Assembly (NCBI GenBank): GCA_963777155.1
Contig: CAVZPM010000009.1
Coordinates: 1 to 64,000, forward strand
Source of the DNA: Candidatus Bathyarchaeota archaeon
GTDB lineage: Archaea; Thermoproteota; Bathyarchaeia; Bathyarchaeales; Bathycorpusculaceae
DNA: 64,000 nucleotides
Reading direction: 5' to 3'
Positions 51,375-61,793 of this stretch are shown piece by piece. The position numbers were made by a program, and so were the translations under genes. The notes below the pieces were generated by a model. It was not told the DNA's origin. It was given only the letters and a program-made list of their open reading frames with translations, and ran no database searches. Numbering within the stretch: position 1 is the stretch's first letter; every line of letters starts with the position of its first letter.

Positions 51375-52235
51375 TCAATAGATGTGTCTTGGGAGCCTAA
51401 AATCGTTTCCCACAGTTCTAAACCCAATTTTGGGCGCAATAGGCATTCTTCTTTTATGCTCGTTTGCCAACCAACGAGCTTTTACCTTATCCACTAAATT
51501 CTGTTCAAGATCCAACTGAATCGCGATGTCATTGGTTGTCAAGAAGCGTTCAAGCCCATAGAGGATTAGGTCTAAGGTTTCATATTTGATTCCCAGTTCT
51601 GACTCAGCTAACTGATTCGGCCAGAGCGCAGGTGTCGAAGGCTTCAACGCAAGTTCCTTGGGTATGCCAATATGTATTGCGAGTTTACGTACTTGTGTCT
51701 TGTAGAGGTCAATTATTGGCGCTATGTCTGCTGCTGCGTCTCCCCACTTGGTAAAGTAGCCCATCATCGTCTCGGACTTGTCGGAGCTACCACAGACGAT
51801 TCTGTTCTGTTTGTTAGCGTAGTAATAGAGGTAAATCATTCGTGTCCTAGCCTTGATGTTGCCTTTACAAAGTCTATCTGATTGGTCAAAAACAGGAATT
51901 CCCCCGTAGAAGCAGCTCAAAACCTTGGACATATCGCAAACTTGCGTTTGCAGATGAAATAGTTCTGCAACCACTTTGGCGTCATCAATGTCTTTTTGAT
52001 TAAAATTTTCCTTTTCAGGCAACATTAGGCCTAAGACGTTTTCGCCCCCCACTGCTTGGCTCGACAGACCCGCGATGGTTGCACTGTCCACTCCTCCGGA
52101 GAGACCTAGAACAATCCCTTTTGCCCCTGTGTTTTGAACGTATTCTTTGATGAATCGGCAGATCCTTTCTTGAGTCTCCAAAAAATCTATCTCTAACAAG
52201 GACAGCGTTAACTTCACTTGCAATGGCAGCCTCAA
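51375..52235 (-). CDS. nadE: NAD+ synthetase
   Basis: LGLSGGVDS, GNIKARTRM, GYFTKWGD, DLYKTQV. Confidence 0.97.
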   Translation of the reverse strand: MRLPLQVKLTLSLLEIDFLETQERICRFIKEYVQNTGAKGIVLGLSGGVDSATIAGLSSQAVGGENVLGLMLPEKENFNQKDIDDAKVVAELFHLQTQVCDMSKVLSCFYGGIPVFDQSDRLCKGNIKARTRMIYLYYYANKQNRIVCGSSDKSETMMGYFTKWGDAAADIAPIIDLYKTQVRKLAIHIGIPKELALKPSTPALWPNQLAESELGIKYETLDLILYGLERFLTTNDIAIQLDLEQNLVDKVKARWLANEHKRRMPIAPKIGFRTVGNDFRLPRHIY

Positions 52236-52316
52236 TAACGATGGTTAGTAGGCAAGTATTTAAGGACAAGCATAAATATTATGAACATTACCAGACGAGT
52301 GAAGAAGGTTTATTGT

Positions 52317-52580
52317 ATGGGGCGAAGAAGGAAAAAAGTTGTTCATATCCCAAAAAAACGATTACCAAAGTTCTTCTCTTGCCCTAGATGCGGAAAAGAA
52401 ACTGTGAGAGTAGAAATCGTCAGGGAAGAAGGTGGTCATGCGACTGCGCAATGCAGCAGTTGTGGCCTTAAAGAAGACTTCCCAGTTAAATCAGCACAAG
52501 GCGAAGTTGACGTTTACTGCATGCTAACCGACAGCGTTTACGGCACCCAAAAAAGAACACCCGTAATAAAAAAAGAGTAA
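52317..52580 (+). CDS. elf1: Transcription elongation factor Elf1 homolog
   Basis: MGRRRKK...FSCPRCG...CSSCG...VDVY. Confidence 0.9.
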   Translation: MGRRRKKVVHIPKKRLPKFFSCPRCGKETVRVEIVREEGGHATAQCSSCGLKEDFPVKSAQGEVDVYCMLTDSVYGTQKRTPVIKKE

Positions 52581-52596
52581 CTGAAGGATCTTTTGT

Positions 52597-53343
52597 ATGC
52601 TTGGACCTATCGAACGGTACTTGCTTGAAAAAATAAAAACCGATCGCTCAATCCACATAACACTTATAGACCCGGAAAAAGTAACTGCTTCCGCAGCATC
52701 ACAGATTGCAGAAAGTTCTAAAAACAGTGGAACAGCCGCCATTATGATTGGAGGCTCGACCTTTGTTTCTGAAAATCATCTCGACGATGTTGTAAAAGCA
52801 ATCAAATCGAAAGTGAACATTCCAACTATTCTTTTCCCAAACAACGTCACAGGAATAAGTAGCCACGCAGACGCGATATGGTTCATGTCCCTGCTTAACT
52901 CAGTAGACCCCTATTTTCTTATTGGCGCTCAAATCTTGGGTGCCCCCCTCGTTAAGAAATATGGTATCGAACCGATTTCTATGGGCTACATCATTGTCGG
53001 CGACGGAGGAACCGCTGGCATCGTTGGGAAAGCAATCTCTGTTCCTTACAACAAGCCTGAACTTGCGGCAGCTCACGCTCTTGCAGGTCAATATCTTGGT
53101 ATGCGTTTTATCTATCTTGAAGGTGGCTCTGGAGCAGCAAACCCTGTCCCTCCTGAAATGATTAGTGCTGTTAAGCACCTGATTGATATTCCCTTGATTG
53201 TCGGGGGCGGCATAAGAAGCAAAGAGCAAGCGTTCACTGCAGCTTCAGCTGGAGCCGACATAATCGTCACGGGAAACGTCACAGAGTCAAACGATGCAAA
53301 CAAGAGAATATCCGAAATCATCGCAGCGATAAAAACAGGATAA
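52597..53343 (+). CDS. Geranylgeranylglyceryl phosphate synthase
   Basis: LIDPEK, IGGST, SLLNS, YLEGGSGA, VGGGIR, VTGN. Confidence 0.96.
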   Translation: MLGPIERYLLEKIKTDRSIHITLIDPEKVTASAASQIAESSKNSGTAAIMIGGSTFVSENHLDDVVKAIKSKVNIPTILFPNNVTGISSHADAIWFMSLLNSVDPYFLIGAQILGAPLVKKYGIEPISMGYIIVGDGGTAGIVGKAISVPYNKPELAAAHALAGQYLGMRFIYLEGGSGAANPVPPEMISAVKHLIDIPLIVGGGIRSKEQAFTAASAGADIIVTGNVTESNDANKRISEIIAAIKTG

Positions 53344-53435
53344 ATCTTGAAGTTACTTTTAGTTTTTTGTTTTCTTTCTTATTTTAGAAAGCCAAAATAA
53401 CCCATCTTTCTATATCTTGCGGGAGAGCTGTAAAC

Positions 53436-56400
53436 TTGAATATTAGCAAGGGCTATCAAAATTACGTTGAGACACTGGAAAACCAGTTAAGACAACTCTA
53501 CATCATAAGCGATAGCGCCCGAACAAAAGGGCTCGACCCTGCACTAAAAACAGAATGCATAAGAGCTCAGGACATCGCCGATTTGGTAGAAGGTTTGGTT
53601 GGGCCTAAAGGTGTTGCCCTTAGCATCCGTGAGCTCAGCAGCAAGATGCCTCGTGAAGAAATAGCCTTCAAGGTTGCCCAAGAAATTGCTCAAGGCAAAT
53701 TCGCTCAAATGGATCAAGAGCAGCTGGCTGAGCAGGCTATTCGAACGGCGTTAGCAATCTTCACAGAGGGCTTAACCGCGGCGCCAATTCAAGGTATTGC
53801 GCAGGTTAAAATTAAAACAAACGCTGACAGGTCTCGTTATCTTGCGGTTTATTTTGCTGGGCCTATTCGTTCAGCAGGCGGCACAGATCAAGCATTGACT
53901 TTGGTAGTGGGCGATTATGTGCGGCGTGAACTCAACCTGGATAGGTATAAACCCACCGAAGAAGAAGTTTCCCGTTTCGTAGAAGAGCTGCGCCTCTATG
54001 AACGCTCCGTTGGGCGTTTTCAGTATCACATTCCAGACGAAGAACTTCGAAAAGCGCTAAACCTAATTCCTGTCGAATGTACAGGCACAGAATCCGACCC
54101 CGTTGAGGTGTCATCATACCGTAACTTGCAAAGAGTTGAAACAAACCGCGTCCGAGGCGGTGCCCTCCGTGTTGTAAACGATGGCATAGTAGGACGCGCC
54201 CAAAAAGTCTATGTAATCATCGACAAGTTAGGTTTCCAAGGCTGGGACTGGCTGAAAGAGTTCAAGAAGAAATCCGAGAAAAAATCCGGTGGCTTCATGG
54301 ATGACGTCATCGCAGGGCGCCCAATTTTTGCTTTTCCTTCAACCCGTGGCGGTTTTCGCCTAAGGTACGGTAGGTCACGAAACACTGGGCTATCAGCCGT
54401 AGGTATTCATCCTGCAACAATGGCTGTGGTTGAAAATTTTCTTGCAGCTGGCACACAGATGCGTCTGGAATTACCCGGTAAAGGCGGTGTCACTATGCCA
54501 GTCGATAGCATCGAGCAGCCTGTGGTTTTGCTCAAGGATAACTCAGTAGTTCGTGTGTCGCTTGAAAATTACGGCGATATTAAGGGTAAGATTCAAAAAA
54601 TCCTCTTCCTCGGAGATATTCTCATTGATTTTGGCGATTTTCTCTATTGCAACAAGGCACTTCCACCCTCGGGATACGTAGAGGAATGGTGGGCTAAAGA
54701 CCTTCAGAATGCGTTATTCGCTAAATATGGCGCTGATTATAGAAAGACTACAATCTCTTGTAATCTTTCCGTGGAAAAGTTGGAAAGTTTCATACTTGAC
54801 CCTTTTCTAAACAAACCCACAGTTAAAGAGGCAATCGCGCTTAGTCAAAACATAGGTGTCCCACTGTCCCCTAATTGCACGTTCTTCTGGACAAGTTTAT
54901 CTACTATTCAAGAAGTCGAATCCTTGCGAAATTGGTTGGCTTGCTCCGACGTAACTGTAGATGATAGGGGTATCTCTAAAATCACGGGAACTGCTAATAA
55001 TGATGTCGTTACGTCGCTTCGAAAGATCTTTGCACCCCATCGAATCGTCGACGGCAAAGTAGAGTTAATTGGTGAAGATGCGGCTGCTTTCGGATTCACT
55101 CTCGGTTACGGCAATCCACGGTTCACTCAGCCTTTGCAAGCGACTTCGGTACTTGAGTTGCTGAGCCTGCTATCTGGCGTGCAAATCAAAGATAAAGCAC
55201 CAACATACGTGGGTGGACGCATGGGTAGACCCGAAAAAGCCAAACACCGCGAAATGAAGCCAAACGTCCATGTCCTTTTTCCAGTTGGTTTGAAGGGTGG
55301 CTCCCACCGTGATCTGATGGAAGCGGCACGGCAGGGTCCAGTGTTCGTCGAGTTAGCTAAACGCAAATGTCCCAACTGCAAAACATATACACCCAAAGTT
55401 AAATGTGACAACTGTGGCTTTGAAACCGTCCACGAGAAAAGCTGCCCGCGCTGCGGCAGAACAGTGAAAGATAGCGGATGTTCAACCTGTAAAACAGACG
55501 GTGTCCTCTATCAACGGCAGCCTATTAACTTCAAAGAACAAATAGACAAAGCATCAAGCAACCTTGGCTGCCAGGCGCCAAAAATGCTGCGCGGCGTTAA
55601 AGGCTTAACCAACGCAGATAAGACCCCTGAAATCATCGAAAAAGGCATCTTAAGGGCAAAGCATGGATTATCTGTTTACAAGGATGGTACCATACGCTTC
55701 GACGCCACAAACGCTCCCTTAACACATATTACACCAGCTGAAGTCGGTGTATCGATCGAAAAGATGCATCAGATGGGATACCTCGCGGACACCAATGGAT
55801 TACCCTTAACTGACCCTAACCAAGTCTGTGAACTAAAAATTCAAGATGTCGTTATTCCTTGGCGTGCAGGAGAATACTTCGTCCAAATCGCCGCATTCAT
55901 CGATGATCTATTAACTCGTGTGTACAAGCAACCTGTCTTCTATAATGTTAAGAAGGCTGAAGATTTGGTTGGTCACTTGCTTTTTGGGTTGGCGCCGCAC
56001 ACATGTGCTTGCATTTTAGGAAGAGTGGTCGGTTTTACTGATCGTAACTTGATTTATGCTCATCCTGTTTGGCATTCGGCTAAACGTCGTGACTGCGACG
56101 GAGACGAAGACGCCATCATGCTTGCGCTCGACACGTTGATAAACTTTTCACGAATCTATTTGCCTGCGCAAATCGGCGGAATCATGGACGCGCCAATCTT
56201 GCTTATCCCCTTTGTGAACACTAAAGAGGTGCAACGGCAAGCCCACGACTTTGACGTCAGCGCCACCTACCCCATAGAATTTTATAAGAAGACTTTGGAG
56301 AAGTGCGATGCAAGACCCGCAAGTGCTTTAATGGATGTCATTAGTCATCGATTGGGAACTGAAGCCCAGTTTGAAGGCTTCCAATACACAACTCCGTGCA

Positions 56401-56846
56401 CAAACATCAACTTAGGCAACGCCAACAGTTCGTATAAAGAATTCAAATCAATGATAGATAAGCTTCACATGCAGCTGGAACTTGGCGAAAAAATAGAAGC
56501 TGTTGATGCAAGGAAAGTAGCCCTTAAAGTTCTCAACACGCACTTCATGCGTGACATTGCCGGAAACTTGCGTGCATTCTCAACTCAGGGCTTCCGATGT
56601 AAATCCTGCAACAAAAAGTTCCGTCGACTGCCTCTTAAAGGGAAATGTCCATTTTGCGGCGGCAAACTAACACTTACGGTTTATCGAGGTGGAATAGAGA
56701 AGTATCTGGTGGCTGCTCAACAATTGGTGGATAAGTATGGTTTGCCAAAGTACTACACGCAACGCATGGACCTAATCAAGGAAGAGATAGCTATGATGTT
56801 TGATAACAAGAAACCCAAACAAGCCACGCTTTTCGACTTCAAGTAG
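53436..56846 (+). CDS. polD2: DNA polymerase D large subunit DP2 (no intein)
   Basis: AGPIRSAGGT, RLRYGRSRNTG, RMGRPEKAK, KRRDCDGDED, C-terminal Zn finger and PIP box QATLFDF. Confidence 0.98.
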   Translation: MNISKGYQNYVETLENQLRQLYIISDSARTKGLDPALKTECIRAQDIADLVEGLVGPKGVALSIRELSSKMPREEIAFKVAQEIAQGKFAQMDQEQLAEQAIRTALAIFTEGLTAAPIQGIAQVKIKTNADRSRYLAVYFAGPIRSAGGTDQALTLVVGDYVRRELNLDRYKPTEEEVSRFVEELRLYERSVGRFQYHIPDEELRKALNLIPVECTGTESDPVEVSSYRNLQRVETNRVRGGALRVVNDGIVGRAQKVYVIIDKLGFQGWDWLKEFKKKSEKKSGGFMDDVIAGRPIFAFPSTRGGFRLRYGRSRNTGLSAVGIHPATMAVVENFLAAGTQMRLELPGKGGVTMPVDSIEQPVVLLKDNSVVRVSLENYGDIKGKIQKILFLGDILIDFGDFLYCNKALPPSGYVEEWWAKDLQNALFAKYGADYRKTTISCNLSVEKLESFILDPFLNKPTVKEAIALSQNIGVPLSPNCTFFWTSLSTIQEVESLRNWLACSDVTVDDRGISKITGTANNDVVTSLRKIFAPHRIVDGKVELIGEDAAAFGFTLGYGNPRFTQPLQATSVLELLSLLSGVQIKDKAPTYVGGRMGRPEKAKHREMKPNVHVLFPVGLKGGSHRDLMEAARQGPVFVELAKRKCPNCKTYTPKVKCDNCGFETVHEKSCPRCGRTVKDSGCSTCKTDGVLYQRQPINFKEQIDKASSNLGCQAPKMLRGVKGLTNADKTPEIIEKGILRAKHGLSVYKDGTIRFDATNAPLTHITPAEVGVSIEKMHQMGYLADTNGLPLTDPNQVCELKIQDVVIPWRAGEYFVQIAAFIDDLLTRVYKQPVFYNVKKAEDLVGHLLFGLAPHTCACILGRVVGFTDRNLIYAHPVWHSAKRRDCDGDEDAIMLALDTLINFSRIYLPAQIGGIMDAPILLIPFVNTKEVQRQAHDFDVSATYPIEFYKKTLEKCDARPASALMDVISHRLGTEAQFEGFQYTTPCTNINLGNANSSYKEFKSMIDKLHMQLELGEKIEAVDARKVALKVLNTHFMRDIAGNLRAFSTQGFRCKSCNKKFRRLPLKGKCPFCGGKLTLTVYRGGIEKYLVAAQQLVDKYGLPKYYTQRMDLIKEEIAMMFDNKKPKQATLFDFK

Positions 56847-56884
56847 CTAAAGCTTTTCAAGTTAAACTACCAATCTATTGGTCG

Positions 56885-57157
56885 GTGGAAGAGAAAATCA
56901 AAGAAACAATGCATCCTAACGCTTACCTGACGCAAATCAGAAACGTCCATAGCGGTCTTGCGGCTAGAAACAAAATCCTGATTTTGCTTGAACGCCAAGG
57001 CTTTGCGGCTTGCAAGATTGCCAAAGAATCAGGCTTGACTTATGGTGTTGTAATTCACCATCTTAATCTTCTGAAAAATGAAGGAACTATCGAGCGGAAA
57101 GGTAATAAGCGATATATTTGGTTGGTGACGGGTTTTGGACAGAAACGTCTCAGTTAG
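56885..57157 (+). CDS. Small winged-helix (ArsR-like) DNA-binding protein
   Basis: IAKESGLTYGVVIHHLNLLKNEG. Confidence 0.82.
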   Translation: MEEKIKETMHPNAYLTQIRNVHSGLAARNKILILLERQGFAACKIAKESGLTYGVVIHHLNLLKNEGTIERKGNKRYIWLVTGFGQKRLS

Positions 57158-57456
57158 AAAGTACATGCGCAAGGTGAGTTTTGGCATTTTGGGCATTTAA
57201 AGTTGTACTTATTCAGGGCAGCTTTTTCAAGGTCTATGCCCCTGATGTTGGCAAGGGATGCAAGCCAAGCAATGACGTCAGCAAACTCTTTTTCAGTAGC
57301 TTCTTTATCTGTTCCTTTTAGCTCTTGGCCTAACTCGGCGACTTCATCTACAAGCCAGTTGAAAGTTCCATCTATTCCACGTTCGGAATCACGTTTGAAA
57401 TAGAGCTGCTTCATCATTTCTTGAAATTCATGGATTTGCAGCTTCTTCACCTTCAT
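57154..57456 (-). CDS. MazG-like nucleotide pyrophosphohydrolase
   Basis: WLVDEVAEL, EFADV.AWL.SLAN, KY...CPKC..SPC.C. Confidence 0.9.
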   Translation of the reverse strand: MKVKKLQIHEFQEMMKQLYFKRDSERGIDGTFNWLVDEVAELGQELKGTDKEATEKEFADVIAWLASLANIRGIDLEKAALNKYNFKCPKCQNSPCACTF

Positions 57457-57765
57457 TTTTTTACTCGGCTATAACATATTAGCTCAGTTATTCATGGGTT
57501 TCTGTGTTTTGGTTGATGCTTTTGTATACAAAAAGCTCTAAAGCTCTAACATGCTAATACTTCTGGGAATCACCTATAGTGCCTACCCCTTAGGGCTTCT
57601 TACACTTCAGCTATCTCTTCACCATGAATCCCGCTAATGAGCTCCTGATATGTTCTGGAAGTCAAATGACCCCACTTTAGGCAAGATTGCTGATGTTTGG
57701 CGCAAGATTAATTAGTTTAGGCGAATATTACGCATGTATCATAGTTACTAGGGTAGCGATATTTA

Positions 57766-57939
57766 ATGAGTATGAGAAAAAAGAAAAAAGATACCGGTCC
57801 AATGCCTGCTGCAAGTGCAGGTTTGCTAAGGTTCTTTGAGGAAGAAACCGAAGGCGTAAAAATCAGGCCAGAGTTGCTTGTGGTCTTCGCGGTTTCACTG
57901 ATAGTTATATCTGTATTGGCCAAAGTTTTCTTCCCATAA
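57766..57939 (+). CDS. secG: Preprotein translocase subunit Sec61beta/SecG (57 aa, not in ORF track)
   Basis: MSMRKKKKDTGPMPAASAGLLRFFEEETEGVKIRPELLVVFAVSLIVISVLAKVFFP. Confidence 0.92.
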   Translation: MSMRKKKKDTGPMPAASAGLLRFFEEETEGVKIRPELLVVFAVSLIVISVLAKVFFP

Positions 57940-57945
57940 ACGCCT

Positions 57946-58236
57946 TTATCTTCTAGTTGGCGTAGGGTGCAATACTTCTATTCTTTGAACAGAGTTTAGA
58001 TGCAAGAATAATTCGCTTCTTTCCTCTCGGCTAGCAACCTGCGGAATGGGCTGGGCGATGGTTGACCTTAAAACGATTGCTTCCGCCTCAGATAGCCAGA
58101 TTCCTGACGGCTCATGCGTTACCGCCATCAGGGTGCCTTCAAAACCGTAAGCGGGGTCTAGAATTACCCTGATTTTTTTACCCACGTTTCGCTCCAGCAT
58201 GTGGAATATTGACGGGGGCAGGTCTTGATCTGGCAT
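57946..58236 (-). CDS. Divergent Sm/Lsm-fold protein
   Basis: VGKKIRVIL....FEGTL...IWLSEAE...LFLHLNSVQRIE fits the Sm1/Sm2 pattern. Confidence 0.65.
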   Translation of the reverse strand: MPDQDLPPSIFHMLERNVGKKIRVILDPAYGFEGTLMAVTHEPSGIWLSEAEAIVLRSTIAQPIPQVASREERSELFLHLNSVQRIEVLHPTPTRR

Positions 58237-58480
58237 AGAGTTCGCAAACTAATAAGATAGGACTTCTAGGGATAAAACAGTTCCCTTACCAAAACATGTT
58301 GGTTTCCAGCTGTAACTACTTGAAAACAGTTCCCTGAATCCTACCCTTAGCGCTCTTTGTGCTAAAACACTGTTTTAACACTTTTATGTTAATCAGATTA
58401 ATGTATTTCGTGTTCTGGATGGAGCGAAGAGCCTGAGCTAAATTTTAATAGGGCTAACAGGTTTCATAGGGGAGAGAAAT

Positions 58481-60289
58481 ATGACGCCTGATGGTTCTCT
58501 TAATCATTCAATGGATAGTGCAACTAAACACTATTCCTCAATGTTTTATCTTCCATCATACAAAAAAGCCCTTTTAGCCGTCGCCGCCATCTGCATTATC
58601 GCAATTAACCTCTCTACCCTGTTACTTTTTCCCTCCTTGAGCAGTTTAGCACTGGGCATTTCCCTCTTCATCATAACCTACACAACCAGCGCAATCGTAA
58701 GCAAATCTCTGCTCAAAAAAGACCCCATATTCTCAATTAGAAGAACATTAGCATTGTCCGCTGTCGGCTGGGCTATATGGCTTGTTTTCATCGTTTTGGG
58801 CGTCGGCTTAAGCTTCTGGTTCGGTTGGTTACTCTGGGTAAAACTTACTCTCCTAGGGTTCGCCGCGGTTGTTACCCTTAGGTTTTTGGTATTCAACGCC
58901 ACCTCCACAGCAGAGAGATGGAGACAACTCTTGTCTATTATGCTCGAACCAATCTTGAGCATTGGGGCCTTTTTGGTTTTTTGGGCATCCATTTCAAACG
59001 CAGTTGTCTTTCAAGTTTTGCCCTTTATCGTTTTATCCCCAATAATTGGTTACTTAGCCGTGTATATGCTTCTTTCTTCTATTGACCGTTTAGGCAAAAA
59101 AAACTACTCGCTTTCAGCGCTACCTCTGTTTAAGGCTTTTCTGCTTAACTGGGTCACCGATCAAAGCGAACCTCTTGAAAAACATCTTGAAACGATGGGG
59201 AGAGATGCAGACATAGAAGTCACCCTGCTAAAGTTTGATGCTGCCAAACCCAAAGCAGCAATAATCGTTCCCCAAGTGCATCCCGGACCATTCAAAAACA
59301 TAGGCAGCAGCCTTTTGCCTTCGCTTCTCAAACGGGAAGTCGAAAAAGAGTTTGGCGGTGATGCTTGTGTTCCATTGGGGCTTCTAGGGCATGAACTGGA
59401 CTTGGCTTCACAATCTCAAAACTACAAGATTGCTAGACAGGTAATTTCTTCTGCCAAGTTTAAGGCTCAAGCAGTCTCGGCTTCTCCACTTGTTTGTGTG
59501 AGCGAAGGCGCCGCAACGACTTCCTGCCAAATCTTCGGTGACACAGCATTCCTCTCTTTTACCCTCGCTCCTAAAACCACTGAAGATTTGCCTCAAGAGC
59601 TAGGACATATAGTCGTTGAGGAAGCAAAAAAGTTAGGTCTCACAAATGCCATGGTTGTTAATTGCCATAACTGCTTAACTAACATAATTGACACATCTGA
59701 GCATCTTGATGAATTGCAGCGGGCGGCTTTTAGGTGCCTCCAAGAAGCCATTGCAATACCAACAAAAAAATTTAGCGTTGGATCTGCCACCGTTTTTCCT
59801 GCAGAATTCAGCCTTAAAGCGGGCATGGGTGCAGGAGGAATCACAGCGATAGTTGTTCAAGTAGAAAACCAGAAAACAGCTTACATAATTATAGATGGCA
59901 ATAACATGGTTCCTGGTCTACGCGAAAAAATTCTTAGCGCTCTATCAAGATTGGGGTTTGAATCCAGCGAAGTCTTTACAACAGATACCCATGCAGTTAC
60001 CGCTTCGATTACGGGGCGGCGAGGTTATAACCCTGTCGGCGAAGTTATCGACCATGCCTTGCTTATTCAGTACATAGGTGAAGTGGCAAAGAAGGCGGAA
60101 GCAAACCTTGAAGAATGCAGTGCTGGAAGCCGAACTTTTGTTGTGCCGCAAGTGCGAGTAATCGGTGAAGACCGCTTAAAATCTATAACTACCTTGGTTG
60201 ACAAGACGATTGTGAAGGCAAAACAAGTTGTGTTTCCTATCTTTGGAGCCGAAGGTTTACTGTTAATCTTGCTTTTGCTACTTTTCTAA
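58481..60289 (+). CDS. DUF2070 family membrane protein
   Basis: N-terminal TM bundle; HPGPF.NIGSS, DGNNM, TTDTH. Confidence 0.9.
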   Translation: MTPDGSLNHSMDSATKHYSSMFYLPSYKKALLAVAAICIIAINLSTLLLFPSLSSLALGISLFIITYTTSAIVSKSLLKKDPIFSIRRTLALSAVGWAIWLVFIVLGVGLSFWFGWLLWVKLTLLGFAAVVTLRFLVFNATSTAERWRQLLSIMLEPILSIGAFLVFWASISNAVVFQVLPFIVLSPIIGYLAVYMLLSSIDRLGKKNYSLSALPLFKAFLLNWVTDQSEPLEKHLETMGRDADIEVTLLKFDAAKPKAAIIVPQVHPGPFKNIGSSLLPSLLKREVEKEFGGDACVPLGLLGHELDLASQSQNYKIARQVISSAKFKAQAVSASPLVCVSEGAATTSCQIFGDTAFLSFTLAPKTTEDLPQELGHIVVEEAKKLGLTNAMVVNCHNCLTNIIDTSEHLDELQRAAFRCLQEAIAIPTKKFSVGSATVFPAEFSLKAGMGAGGITAIVVQVENQKTAYIIIDGNNMVPGLREKILSALSRLGFESSEVFTTDTHAVTASITGRRGYNPVGEVIDHALLIQYIGEVAKKAEANLEECSAGSRTFVVPQVRVIGEDRLKSITTLVDKTIVKAKQVVFPIFGAEGLLLILLLLLF

Positions 60290-60295
60290 GATTGC

Positions 60296-60850
60296 TTATC
60301 TTGATTTTAGTTCTTTCGTTTGCCTCTTAGGTTTTCTCTTTAATTCCGTGCCACAGACTTGACATTCCTTGAATTTACTGCTAGCGGCGTATTCTTTGTA
60401 GCATGCTGGACAATACCTTATCCACTCTAAAAGCCGTTTTATACCCAATGTCGCTAACGACAAAAAATCCACACCCATTTTTGTGGCTACATTCTGTATT
60501 GAATAGTCATCTGTAACTAATTGGGGCATACAACCTGCAGCTTTCAGTTCCAAGGCTAATGCCAAAAGCTGTTTGTCTGTTTCTGACAGCTTGAAGGAGT
60601 CTCCTACTTTGTTGCCGAATGATTCTGCTTTGACTTGAAACTCTTCTGTCGGAGCTTTAACCTTGAGTTTACCACTTTCAATTGCCATTTCAAGCCGCAT
60701 CTTAATCATTGACTTTCTGCGGATTTCTTCCTCAACCTTGGGTACCGTAACCTGTTCGGCGTCCAGAGAAAAAGAGTCAAAACCAGCCACAAAAGCGGAA
60801 GTATCTAACACAATAACTCTTCTAGCGGGAATACTTTGGGAGCTTTTCAT
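60296..60850 (-). CDS. nob1: Nob1-like endonuclease (PIN + Zn ribbon)
   Basis: LDTSAF, LSETD, TDDYSIQNVA, CPAC...CQVCG. Confidence 0.93.
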   Translation of the reverse strand: MKSSQSIPARRVIVLDTSAFVAGFDSFSLDAEQVTVPKVEEEIRRKSMIKMRLEMAIESGKLKVKAPTEEFQVKAESFGNKVGDSFKLSETDKQLLALALELKAAGCMPQLVTDDYSIQNVATKMGVDFLSLATLGIKRLLEWIRYCPACYKEYAASSKFKECQVCGTELKRKPKRQTKELKSR

Positions 60851-61710
60851 TATGTTCCCTTAAAAAGCAACCTGTTACGGAGCCTATCGTAAAAGTCTGT
60901 TTCAAGGTCAAAGTCCGTTTCAAAGCGGATAAATGAAGTTATATTGGTGGATTTGGTGACTTTTATGGTCTCATCAGCGCTTGTAAGTCTACGGTAATTG
61001 CCATCGATCAAAACAAGCATCTCTTTAGGACGTTCGACCTTGAAAGAAAGGGTGGAGTCAGCGGGAAACACAAGCGAACGGAACACGGTTAAGGAACAAA
61101 TTGGTGTTAGAACAAACCCATCAACTTCTTGGTCTAGAACTGGTCCTCCTGCAGAAAGCGAATATCCTGTAGAGCCCGTTTGGGTGGCAACAATTAATCC
61201 GTCGGCTTGACTTTTCAAGATGGGTTTTCCGTTTTTGAATACTTGTGTATATAAGATTTTTGAAGGTTCACAGGCGGAAACTACAACATCATTTAAGGCG
61301 TCAGGTAACTTTTCTTTGCCCACTGTAACGGATAGTTTTGCGCATTCTTCTATCTTGTAATCGCCCTTGAGGATTCTATCAACGGCTTTGCGGGCGTCTT
61401 TTGGTTCAACTTCGGTTAGAAATCCTCTAACGCCCATGTTGATTGTTAGAATTGGTGGTTCAGGCTTAGGAACAGTGATGCATGTTCGCAGTATGGTTCC
61501 GTCGCCGCCGATTGCTATTACAAAATCGGTTTTCATTTTTGCTAGTGGAATAAAATCTTCTTTTGAACTAACTTTGTCGGCGAGGCTATCTTCTACATAG
61601 ACTTTCAAGCCTTTCTGTTTCAGGTACTCCGATAGTTCCTCAGTTAGTTTTAGCGCCGATTTTTTATCGTAGCGGGCAACTAAACCTACACTTTTGAACA
61701 CTTTTTCCAC
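60850..61710 (-). CDS. nadK: NAD kinase
   Basis: GGDGT, GFL, LND, ADG.IVATQTGSTGYSLSAGGP. Confidence 0.96.
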   Translation of the reverse strand: MEKVFKSVGLVARYDKKSALKLTEELSEYLKQKGLKVYVEDSLADKVSSKEDFIPLAKMKTDFVIAIGGDGTILRTCITVPKPEPPILTINMGVRGFLTEVEPKDARKAVDRILKGDYKIEECAKLSVTVGKEKLPDALNDVVVSACEPSKILYTQVFKNGKPILKSQADGLIVATQTGSTGYSLSAGGPVLDQEVDGFVLTPICSLTVFRSLVFPADSTLSFKVERPKEMLVLIDGNYRRLTSADETIKVTKSTNITSFIRFETDFDLETDFYDRLRNRLLFKGT

Positions 61711-61793
61711 CGCTCAGTTACTAGCGTAAACCTTAATCTATATATGGGTGTTGTTCTGAATTGCATTAAATAGAATTAATCTGTGGTGAGCGT

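Noticed and set aside
50531-52235. nadE plus nitrilase pair as a novel system
   Set aside because: Consistent with known two-subunit glutamine-dependent NAD synthetase arrangements
53436-56846. Intein in DP2 (also checked cdc6 and tfb)
   Set aside because: Lengths are normal and no splice or homing-endonuclease motifs are seen
57565-57632. Possible stem GGGAATCA/TGAATCCC between mazG and secG
   Set aside because: A single imperfect stem with no recognisable boxes; too weak to call an RNA
57717-57923. 68-aa minus-strand ORF
   Set aside because: Antisense to the real Sec61beta gene
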